This document shows, piece after piece, positions 14,201 to 26,200 of a stretch of 64,000 bases of DNA. Source of the DNA: Camelus ferus (Eukaryota); the NCBI RefSeq assembly GCF_009834535.1, contig NC_045696.1, forward strand, positions 47,122,001 to 47,186,000, read 5' to 3'. The number at the start of each line of letters is the position of its first letter. The stretch's first letter is position 1. The notes under the pieces are model-generated. The model had not been told where the DNA came from. It saw nothing but the letters and a program-made list of their open reading frames with translations, and made no database searches. The translations under genes and the position numbers were made by a program.

Positions 14201-17200
14201 CCCGAGGCTGATGTCAAAATCCTCTGTACAGCGGCATCTTCTACTTAAGTACATAAAATGAAGGTTTTGAATTGTACTGTTTCCACAGTTGTTTATGAAA
14301 CTTCACGAGAGCCTACAGACAAGTAGAAAGTGCTGTGGTTTAAGAGGCTTCTGCATGATGCAGGCCTAGAGAATGGCCGCAAAACAACACATTTCAGGCA
14401 GAGTCAAGAAATCTTTAAAATGAAAACTCCCCAAGTACATTTTTTTTACGAAAAATGAAGCACTCAGGTTTGAGGCGATACCATAAGAAGTTCCTTTTTT
14501 TCCCCCCGAAATGTGAACTATAATTTGAGGAAAGAAACCAAATGCAAATAAAAACAAAACCAGAATAAAAACTGAAAACTTGAAAAAGCTAAGGATTTTA
14601 AACTGACAGTCAATTCAATAGGTTCTTTTTTTCCTCCTGCAATGTTGCTCATCTCTATCAGAGGAACGAAAGCTTTTCCTTAATCCCAGTGCACATGACT
14701 CAGCTTCAAACTGATTAACAAGCATTTTGCTAATGAAATACCATGTCTGGGTTTGAGATCCTACTTCGGTAAAATATTTCACTTAGAAATGAGAAGAGAT
14801 TTCAACACATTCTTCTGGCAGAGACTCAGACAATAAAGGAAATTAAGTTGGATACTGCATATAAATGGAGACCATGTGACAAAGACCACTATGACTGAGT
14901 TCAGAGAAGGGAACACTATGGAAGGATAAGATGATGGAAAATTACCAGATGGCTGAGGCCACAGGCCGGCGGGGGGCAAACTGTGGGCTATGGGCCAAAT
15001 CCAGCCATGCCCAGTTGATTTCCTATTGTATATGCATTCAAGCTATAACTGCAGATTTGAGTAGCTGCAACAGAGACTCGGTGGCCTGCAAAGCCAAAAA
15101 TACTATCTGACCCCACAAAGAAAAAGTTTGCCTAGGTCTTCTATAGATGATCAAACCACAGCAAACAAGGGCATCCCGACAGAGTAAGGAATGTCAGTGC
15201 CTTAATCCCCAGAGCTCCTTCCACAGCACCTCCCTGCATGTGTCTGGGGAGAGCAGGACACAGGGACGTCCTGGCTCTAGGCTGGTGAGAAGACCCCACA
15301 CATTATGGAATTTCCTTGAATACCTGAGTTGGGAGAGGGATATAATCAGTGGCCCTGGAAGATTCAGGATGCACCTGCCCAACTTGCTTTCAACCCAGTC
15401 TCGGGTCTTGCTTGACTTAGATGGCAGTTCCAGCTGCCAGGTGGCCTTCAAGCTGGCCACGGATGTCAACCTTGCTTTCCTGCGTTGGGGATGGAGAGGG
15501 CCAAAGCTGGGCATCAGAGCTCCTCCCTTCTTTCCTTCAATGAGTGCATTGCCACCTCCCTCCCTCTTGCTCTGCTAATTATAACATTTGTAAGGAAATA
15601 AAACAGCCCCATCAATCCATAGAAGCTTGGAGAGCTCTGTCTAGAATAGAAGGCACAGTGTCTTGCCAACACGAAGTGCTCTGTTGAACATCTCTTGAAC
15701 AAGTGAAACCTATGACTCCCATGCCAGCTGCTCATTCTTTACCACCAACAGGTTTCCAGCCCGACTCACGCAGGATCGGTCCTCACCAAAAGGAGAGCGA
15801 GCTGGGCAGCAGAGGATGAGTGAATGACTTCCCCACTTTTCAGCTCAACCAAGGTTATGCTTTTGCCTCTCAATCTCTCTCCTGCTCTTATGGTCTCTTG
15901 AGCTCCCCCAGTCCTGCCTCACAGGCCTCCTTCAGTTTCTGTGGCATTTTCCCAGGATTATGTGGAACAGGACCTTGAATCTCATCTTGCCCTCAGGCAA
16001 TATTTCCCTTGAGTTCTATAATTCACCTTGATTCCTTACTTATCCTTATCCTTGATGCTCAAAATCTTATGCTTTGCTAGGATTTCCTCCTGGCCTTCTC
16101 TTCAGTTTCCTTAAGATCCCTTCCTCTCCCAGCCCTGAAGTCAGATTAAACCCTTGGATTAAACCCAGGCCTCTTGACACAGTCTGCACTGAAGCAGGGC
16201 ACTCACACAGGAAGGGCCTGGCATGGTATTTGTGATCTTTTGCAAGATATGCCCATCTTTCCTTTCCGATGTAACTATTACAGTCATTATGAATCATTAC
16301 CTAAAACTCACAAATAGTTCACCCCTCCCCCCAGCCCGCCCTTCTTTTTCCAGCCCCTTCACACTCCTGCCTTGTCTTCAGTTCTTCCCTCTCCCAGCCC
16401 TGGCTGTTTGGAACTTCCTTTGCACGAAAATTATTACAATTGGTGAACAGCTCTACGACATTCAGATGTACCTGTCAGGATGCAGACTCTCTGAGGATTC
16501 ATTTTTTTCTTTGCTTGGTTTATTAATAGGCACAGGTTTGACATTACCTGAAACCAGGGTGCGTTTCTTTTTTTTTTTTTTTTCCCTTGTAAATACACAA
16601 GGAGACGTTCATTTTTGCTCCTGGTGGAAGGAAGTAGGGCAAATATCAAGGCCCAATGTTTTTGCCCTTCATCAAAAAAATTCTTTTAGACACAGACTCA
16701 GAGCCTCTTAAGCAGCTGGGAACCCACCACCACAGTCAGTCCTATAGAGGAACGTGCCAGTGATTGAAGATAACTCAAAGTGCACAGAGGGCCAAATTGG
16801 GCTTGACATTCTTCTTAAAAAAAATGACCCCCATGGGAGTTTTGTCTGAAGATGGGTGATAGAAAAGAGGCCAGTTCAATTAGACATGTAAACTTTAAAA
16901 AAAACAAAAACAAAAAAACTGTTTAACAAACACGTTGAAAGCACATTGCCAGTTGGATCTCAGACTCAAAGATGATTTTCCTCACCGACATACGGCACTG
17001 ACTTAAGGGAGCGGATCAGATAGACAATACAATCGTAGTTAATTCTGTGTGTTTGTAATTGGGCCCTTGATCTAGAGTGTGAAGTGCCTTGCCAATGTCG
17101 GCTTACTGATCTTGCTCGCCACCTTCTGTGACACGAATGGGACTGCTTTCATCCCCTCACTTCACTCAGGAGCTAAGAAGTGAAATGTCTAAAATCATCA

Positions 17201-20200
17201 GCTTGTTATGATGAAGCTAAGAAAAGATCCTGCAACCCAGGATTCCTGTTTAATTCAGTTCCTGATATTAAGGCTCAGCTGTTTCCACGGGGATTCGGTA
17301 AGCAGCTTAGCTCCTGGCTTTGGCCCCTCTCTGAACAAATGGCTACAGGTACAGGCAGGGGGCATGTGGAAACCTCACTTAGACCTGACATTAATTTTAA
17401 TGCACAGCATCAAACTTAGTTCTTCTCCTCCACTGTTCAGCCTTATCAGTCAGTGTCCTGAATGCTCAAGAAAGAGGCTCGTTGGAGGGAGACCCACACA
17501 GTAAACACAGTCATTGCCCACATACTTATGCTTTCTTGGTGTGTTATCTTGAGTCTTGTGTATGAGTAGAAGCTACTCAAATATAAGAAAATCATACAAT
17601 CTGACAGGAATCGTGTAGGGTTGTTCCATTATATTAGCAGTGTGGAGCTTCCCAGATTCTCGTGGAGGGTTAGACTGGCTAAGTTTCTCTGATAATTTTT
17701 CAACAGGGGTCTTAAAAGCAAACAAACACAGCGAATCATGATCAGTTAAGGATTCTGAAGTATGCAACTGTTGCTCATCAAAATAATCTTAAATACCTAA
17801 AATTTTCTATTTCTTCATCTTTCTCTGAAAGCTTTCTTTCAAGTTCCGCTTTAGTTTCTGAGAGTTCGAGCTGCAAACGAAGAATCTTGCTTTCGTTACG
17901 TTCCAGAGCTCCCTAGAATACATAAATAAAAAGTACTAAATTAAGCCCACTTTTGGACAAAAGTATTTTTTCCTCTAAACGTATGTCACTAATGTAGCTC
18001 TCTTTAGAATTGCTAGGAATAATCTAAGTTCAAATCAGGTTGCTGAAGATTGGAACAGATTGAGAGACAAGTGATTACTTTGTTTGTCATGTCACTTAGA
18101 GCTGTGACATTCTTAGGGCTTTCTGCTGTGATTCAAGATCTGGAATTCAAAGAATTTTTTAAAATAGAAAATTTCAATCTTCTCTGTGACTATACTTAAA
18201 TTTTTAAATTGATTACTCTTGACTTTTTCTAATGTTTTCATCTTTGGGATGAATCAATAAAAGTACCATTCAAGATCTGCAGATACTAACTATTATGTAT
18301 AAAAAAGATAAACAAGTTTGTACTGTATAGCACGGGGAACTAAATTCAATATCTTGTAGTAACCTATAATGAAAAAGAATATGATAAGGAATATATGTAT
18401 GTATATGCATGACTGAAACATGCTGTACACCAGAAATTGACACAACACTGTAAACTGACTGTACACTATACTTCAAAAAAAAAAAAGACAGACAAAATCC
18501 AAACAAAAAAACTTTTTTTAAAGTATCAAGGTTAGAACAAGAAGGTGGTAACTCCTACCTGGAAACTTGTATTTAATTCTCAACATTACAGAGGGATAGA
18601 GAAAAAGTCAAAAGCATTCAGAGAGCAAGATACAAGACAGGGCTCAAATAAAGGAACTTAGGATGTACCTGACACATAAGGCTTGGTGTGAGCCATCATC
18701 ACCATAATTACTACTTTTACTATAAATAGATTGCTTTGACAGGCAGGGAGATCTCCTGCCCCTTTGAGTATCTAAATATAGGCAAGGCGATTACTGCCAG
18801 GAACATTACAAAGGTGATTCAAGTTTGAAAGTGTAGGTTTGATTAAATCTTTAAAGCATGTTCCAAAGATAAAATGTATATAGAAGAAGAAACAAACAAA
18901 ATACTTGAAAGATTCTGAAGAGGATGTTTATAAAGGGCGCAAGGAAGGGGTCACAACAATACATTGGCCAGTTAACCACTGGCAGACAGTCCTGAGGGTA
19001 GAAGTAATTTTTATAGCCTCTTCCAAGGAGTGCTTAGCACATACCATGAAAAGTAAAACTAAGTAGCAATTTCAAAATAAAAATAAGAAAGATGCTGGGA
19101 ACTTTAACATGACTTCAGGCCTTGCTGCTGTTATCTCAACACTGTCTTCAATATAAAAGAAAAGAAATAAAAAAACAAATGCTTGGGTAGCAATTTTCTC
19201 CAAGGGAATGGTGCCCTTCCTTCAGGGGGAAATTGTCACCTCTAACCCTCTTGAATGGATGAGAAAGTAAATCTTTGAAGGTGACCCAGGATAATTTGAG
19301 TTTTGTGATTTCAAAAATAATATGATAAGGTTTCTAATAAAGGCTCACCCAGGAAAATAACCCAATTTTACAAATACATGTCCAAGCTGATGAAGTATTT
19401 ATGGATGCAGCTGAAAACAAAACTTGAGAAAATGCGAACAGAATCTAACGCCATCTAGTGCTACTAAATGGTAGGAGTGTGGTGGCCTCAGTCTCACTTT
19501 CAAAGTGCTATTCAGCTTCATCCACCAGGATGTCTACACGTCAGCCAGGACTAAGACTGCCCTGCCCAGTCGTAGCTCTCATTGGCTTCTTGTGTTGCTG
19601 GGAATTTCTACCATAAAAGTTACTTCTTTGGCTAAAGCAGTGGCTTTGAAATTCCCTGGTCGGGGTAGCCAGAGAACCAAAGGGAACAAGTAAATGAAAC
19701 AAAGTTCACCTACTTTATGAGGACCAGCCTTGCTAGCGGATACCACACTGCCAACTGAAAGGATTCTATATAAAATGTAGAAGACCTCAGAAACTAATTT
19801 GCATAAAAAGACAAAAGCCGTCCACTTCATACATCTTCCGTCTGGCAGGTTTCTTCTAAAATTGTGGTGAGATACATTTAACGGACATGGCTTGACACAA
19901 AGCAGTCCTTTAGGGTCTAACTTTTTTTTATCATACCTTCCAAAAGGTCCGTGCCTAAAATTGACTGCTGTGCCTTTTAAAAATCATTGTCTCTGTTGGA
20001 GGTGAGTGGGTAGGGGCTGCATTTTTAATATGAGTCATTGCTTATTCTAAAGGTGGGTCAAGAGGGGGGAGGGTATAGCTCAAGTGGTAGAGGGCATGCT
20101 TAGCATGCATGAGGTTTTGGGTTCAATCCCCAGTACCTCCTCTAAGAATAAATAAATAAATGAACCTAATTACCTCCTTTCACCAAAAAAAAAAAAAAAA

Positions 20201-23200
20201 AAAAAAAAAGGACAAAGGGTGGGTCAAGAAAATGAAATTTGGCTGTGAGAAAAGAGGCTCTGCATGGCTTGTTAACTATGTAATGATCATGACAGGATAA
20301 CTTCCTTCTGCATTCACCCTCTTTGGCAAAGGTTTTCTCAGGGGCCCTTTCAATCACTAGCACACACCTAGGGATAAAATCAGAGGTTGTTCCTGAACTT
20401 TTAAGCCCTAACACTGAAAACTCTCCTGTCAAACAACCCCCACAAAGATGAGCTTTCAGAAACAAATGTTTGAGAGCATCACTTTGAACTCATTTTTAAA
20501 ACTACCTAAAGTTTTTTTTTGGGGGGGGGGAGTGTTTTGACTGATTCTATTTGAAGAAGAGGGGCAGGTATTAAGATATTTATTCATTCAACATTCAACA
20601 AGTATTTACTGAACCTCTTCTGGACACCAGGCAATGTTCTAGTCCAGTGCTTCTCAAATGTTCATGTGAATATGAACCACTAAGGGATCTTGTTAAAATG
20701 CAGATTCTGATTCAGCAGAACCGCAAAGAGGGCTGAGAGTCTGAATTTCTAACAAGCTCCTAAGTGATGTCCAGGAAACTGTCCATGGGCCACATTTATA
20801 GTAGTGAGGGTCTAGGCACTGGAGATAAATTGGGGAACAAGATAGATCCAATTCCTGTTTTCATTACAATCAAGAGATTTGCATCCACTCTTGCTTATCC
20901 TGTTCTCTGAGCCTCAATTTCCTCATTTGTAAAATGAGGACAATAGTTTGCTAGGGTGATTACATAAAATAATGCATATAAAGCACTCAGCATAGTGCCA
21001 GGCACGTAGTTAAAACCTGAATAAGTGTTAATGGCATTCTGTTGTTGTTATAACTAGAATGCAGATCATCTGCACTGTCACAATGATAAAAGCTTTCTCT
21101 GCTTCCTGGAGGTAATACCTCGGCCTCTTCCAGTGCCATCTGGACTTCAGTCTTTTCTTGTTCAATCTGTTTCTTCACCTTTTCCATTTCACTTAAGTTC
21201 TTCTTTCCTTCTCTCACCTGATTTGTCAGATTAGAAATTTCTTCTGGAGAGGGAAGAGAGACAAAGTTAGTGAAAGGAACCAGTCTCAGACCCATGATAT
21301 CAGGCCCAATAGACTGTTCTCCTTGGTAACTCGATGGCAAGGCCACCTCTGGCACATATGGGACCTTTGAACTAAAAAAAGGAATCCTCCCCTTCAATAT
21401 ATTCTTTTGGCATCTGCCAGAAAGTTGCTTACAACAAGTGGTGAAGATGGTGTTTCTTAGAGTATTGTGCATTGAACAACCTATGCAACTGTACATGGCA
21501 GTCCTGCTTGTCAGATGTTGCCTGGTGGAGTTCTAGGACACAGACCTGGAATCCCTACACTTTCAGTAGAAGTGCTTAGCTAGCAATACTAGTGTCTTCT
21601 GTTGTGTCAGCTGCTGCTAAACACCAGGATGGGAACTTACAGCATAAGCTGGGTCACTGTCTACCAGAAGCCAACGCATGAGCCCGGACAGACCTAGGAA
21701 TCTGAAGGAGCTCAAGCACTTGAGGGTTTCTGCCGAGCCACTCATGAGCACAAGCCTTTGACAGAGCTAGGCATCCAGCAGTGACAAAACTTCCACCATC
21801 TGACACTGTTACTGTCAGTTCTGTTCATGAAAGAAGCCTCCAGAACCTGAGAGGTGTGGAGTGGGGCCAAGTGCTCTGGGAATTACCCACAGTCTAGAGG
21901 TGGTGGAAGGAGTTCCAGAGTGTGGCTGCTCCTCTGGTTCTGAGATCCTGAGCTGGGAGAGGATGTGACAGGAATTTTTTAAAGTTACAAAAACAAACCC
22001 ATTCGATGGTAATTCTCATGTGAATAATAAATCCTCTGAGAAAGCCTCTCCAGAAGAGGTGCTCCTGAGAGAAAACTTGAAGCAATGGTTCTCTACTCTA
22101 ACATACCTTGGAATCACTTGGAAAGCTTTTGAGAAAGACTTCTGCCCAAGCTCTGCCCCGGACCAAGTGTGGGCCCCAGAGCAGCAGCACCGGTCTTGCT
22201 GGAGGACTTGTTAGAAATGCAAATTTCTCAGACCCCCTCCTAGACTTACTGGATCAGGAACTCTGAGGATGGGGCCCAGCCAACCATGTTTTAACAAGTC
22301 CCCCAGGTGTTTCAGATGCCACTAAAGTTTTCTGACTGTTCCAGCACCTCTCACAGACCCAGTCAGTGACCTGATCACGGATGATGCAGGTCAGCAGAGA
22401 AAGCCAGTTTCATTTACGCCTCTGATAGTAACACAAGATCTCCCAGGGCATCTCTGGCTTGTAATGCATGTCACTGGTGGTGCTGGTATGCGTTGGCAGC
22501 CTCTTTGAAGGGCTGCTGGGCAGTATCTCAAAATTTAAAAATTCATTCTTTTAACCCAGCAATTTCATTTCTAGGAATTTACCCTACTGAGGTATTTGTA
22601 CATGTCCACAAATATAGGTACAGGGATGGACAATGTAGGATTATGTATAATTGTGAAAAATCACATCTAAAATGAAAAAGGTCTAGTTGAATGCGTGAGT
22701 TGTCCTTATTATAAAACCCCATGTTGCTATTAACAATACGTGGTAGGTCTCTAGGTAGAGGCGTGCAAAGAATCACAAGGCATATGGGGAGGTGGCAGAG
22801 CCCAGGGACTGGGTGTGTGTATGTCAGAATCAAGATGCTTGGGCTCAAATCTCAAATCTACTACTTATTAAATGTGAATTTGGACAAGTTCTTAAACTTA
22901 AGTGACTCAATACAATCTGCATTTTACAGATAAAGAAATTAACACATTCTGAGACTTAATGAATAGTTACATATAAAGCAGTGCCTGGCACGTAGTATGG
23001 GCTGTAGAAATATTAAATTAGAAAATACATTACCAGGTGAAAAAAATAAAAGGTGTAGAATACTGTGTAATTTAAGGGAAAATACATGCATGCATATATG
23101 CATGGAAAATCTTGGTAAGGTTATGGGTATAAAGGAATTCTTAATAGGCTTTCTTTACAGAGTGGAAATGGGACTAAAGGTAGAAAAGTTGTCTTATTTT

Positions 23201-26200
23201 TAGAATTCATTTAATTAAAATAATCTCCATAGTAAAAAAAAAATTCAAAAGGAGGTATTAAAAATGGAAAAGTTAAAACCTGAGTGGCCCACGAGGATGC
23301 TGCGGCATCTGCGCATGAAAGGCAGCCTTGCCCTGGGTTCAGGGTCTTCTGGGTACCCCAGTTCTCAGGGCCACGCATCCAGCATACCTTGCAGATTCTT
23401 GTTCTCCCTCCGGAGGGTCTCCTGGCTCAGGGTGCCCTCCTCGCAGGCGTGCCTGAGCTCCAGGAGCTGGGAGCTGAGGGCCCGGGCCTCCTTCTGAGAG
23501 GCGTCCAGCATCGCCTGGGACTCCTCCTGCTGCTGCCTCCAGTCCTCCAGGCACTTGTCAAAGTGCTGCTGCTTCTGGTCCAGCACAGCGGCGGTGGAGC
23601 GTGCCTTCCCGAGGTCCAAGAGGGTGTCCCCGAGCTCAAGCTGCAGTTGGAGCCTAGCCCTCTCCAGGGAGGCATTTCTGGCATTGGCCACCCCCATGGC
23701 TTCCGCAGCTTCCTGCAACTGAATTGCCAGCTTCTTCCTGAGAAGAGGAGACCCAAAAGGTGAGTGAAGCCACAATCCTCAGAGAGCTCAACCAGTGTAT
23801 CCTGAAAGACAGCGATCTGGAGCAAAATAGGGGTGGGGGTGAGAGGCTGAGGGGAGCTTAATAGTATGAAGTGGAAACAGCTTGTGTCTGAAAATGACCT
23901 CCTTGTGCCTGCAGAACCCAGATGTCTGCTGACCACCACCCTCCGGCTCCTGTGTCCACATGTCCTTTATCTACCCCTATCCTTTGCCAGCCTGGACTTG
24001 GAACTCAGGATTTCTGAATCCCTGTGAGTTTCTGCTTCCTCAAACCTTGCACAAGCAATACAGGCTTTATTGATGATTTCATAAGAAATGGGAGGAAGTG
24101 GGTACCGAATACCCAACAGTAAGCAACTGTTAAGAAGTCTGTAGACACATCTAGTCTCTGAAGTTGCTTCCAAGGAGCATTCTTTGACTGTCTCCTGCTC
24201 ACTCTCTCCTCCTCTCATCATGTGGCTCCTAAACATGCCCAGATTCTCTTTCCTCTGTTTCTTCTCTACCTCAGCTCCTCTTCCCAAATTGATATAGCCA
24301 ACCCATCCCAGCATTATGCTCCCACTTAACAAGTCCCACTGCCCCCAGGGGCACTGCAGCCCCTGTCGAGTGTCCCTCCCTCATCCTCTGAGATGGAGCG
24401 GCTTGTTAAAGGGCTCCCTCCACCGCCCCCAACAATGCAGTGCTCACATCTCCAGGGACACTGGCAGTCCCATTCTCACTCATTCATCACAACTCTTAGA
24501 TGAAAGTATGGTATGTACCAAAGCTTATTCTGATCTATTGCCACTAAACGGAAAAAGATCCTCAGGAATTAACATGTGCCACACAACTAGCTCAACAGAG
24601 CAATGTGGTCATAAGGCCCCTTTTTGGTGGAATCCAGTGAAAATCAATCTGTGCTCAGCATCCAGGAAGGACCTGGGATCTAACAAGTACTTCTCCCTCA
24701 CTGGCTTTCTAACCATGGACACTTCACATCTTTGCTTCATCTTTCTTAACTGTTCAAAGGAGATTCTGATGTACCACGTGATGACTATCATTAATAATAC
24801 TGTATTGTAGATTTGAAGGTTGCTATGAGAGTAGAGCTTTAATATTTTCACTGTAACAACAATAACAACCACAAAATGGGAATTATGTGGGGCAAAGGTT
24901 ATATTAAGTAACCATTGTGGTAAGGACTTCACAGTATGTGCATGTATCAAATTACCATATTGTACACAAATTCACACAATGGTATCAATTATATCTCAAT
25001 AAAGCTGGAGAAAAAAAGAAATTCTTATGCTTTACCTCACCTAAAATAATAGTCTTATAAAACAAGTACACATATTTTAACTACTTTAGAAATGCTCAAT
25101 TAGAACAAGAAAATAGTAATTTTACTCTGGGTGACCAACTGTTTTGAGGGAACTGAGGGGTTTTTACCAGAACTTGGGGCCAACAGTGCTCAAATCCAGC
25201 AGGTCAAGGGCAAACTGGACAATTGATCACCTTTGTTTAACTAATAATGTTGTTCTACACCTAATACCAGCTACCATTTTGCTTCTCAACTTGCCAACCA
25301 TAGCACCTACGTAGTTGCCTAAAAGATGCAAGAAGACGTGGAGGTTAAGAAAGCAGATCTCTATCCTTGGGGACCACAGAAGCAGTAAACTGGGTCTCAG
25401 GTGAGCTTGATTCCACTAAACTAATTCATCATGTGAACACAAGCCTGGAAATCTGAGCAGGCAAATCTTCAGCAGCTTTGCAATTGAAAAAAAAGAATCC
25501 TAGATTGTTTTGCAGTTCTACCTCCCTGGGTGATTTGGGGAAAAGTATAATACAGACAATATGCTTCATTTACTTGATGTTCAACTAAGTTTAAAGCCAA
25601 AAAAGAAAAAAAAAAAGCCTTCAGATATGACCACGTTTACCCATGATTTTTCTTTAGTTGTCGTGTAACACAGGACCATAATTTGGTAGAACTAACAAAT
25701 CCATGTGGTCATATGTAGCCTACATACTTTCCCTTCTTTTCTATCCCTTCCAAAGAAACTTTCAACAGAATTACTGGTAGATACTTTCACTTGAATTCTT
25801 CAATTATTAGAAAAAAAATATTACTTTAGAAGCAAATGCCCTATTTTGGATATGAGGAGCCATTTCAGTTCAGAGCCCCACTTTTCTGTGATTCAGAGTT
25901 TTAACACATTTACTGCAGGTATTTTTAGTGTCTGTCATCCGTAAGTCCTTTTTAAGTTCCTGTGACTAGAGAGACAATCACTTGGTACCCCTTTAGGGGC
26001 AGAACACAGTGGCTGTTCAGCACGTGCACAGCAATGTCTTTCAAAGATTTAGGCAAAGAACTGAAAAATAATATTTTGGGGTGAAGCTAAAGAGAAATGT
26101 ATCGATCTGCCCTGGACTTTTGCCAAGCCACCAAGCCAGGGACACATTCTTTTGTGTCAACTTTTAATGATTATAAGCTGGGGTTGGTGTGACACTTTCT

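Noticed and set aside
20064..20140. tRNA-Ala-like genes at 20064, 28154 and 28871
   Set aside because: Each has a SINE tail, polyA and TSDs and a broken cloverleaf; these are SINE heads, not tRNA genes.
23264..23939. Long overlapping or antisense ORFs over exons (23284-23763 +, 23427-23939 -, also 11377-11907 +, 26795-27322 +, 44395-44886 +)
   Set aside because: Shadows of GC-rich coiled-coil codons (Leu/Ser-rich antisense frames); no independent gene signals.
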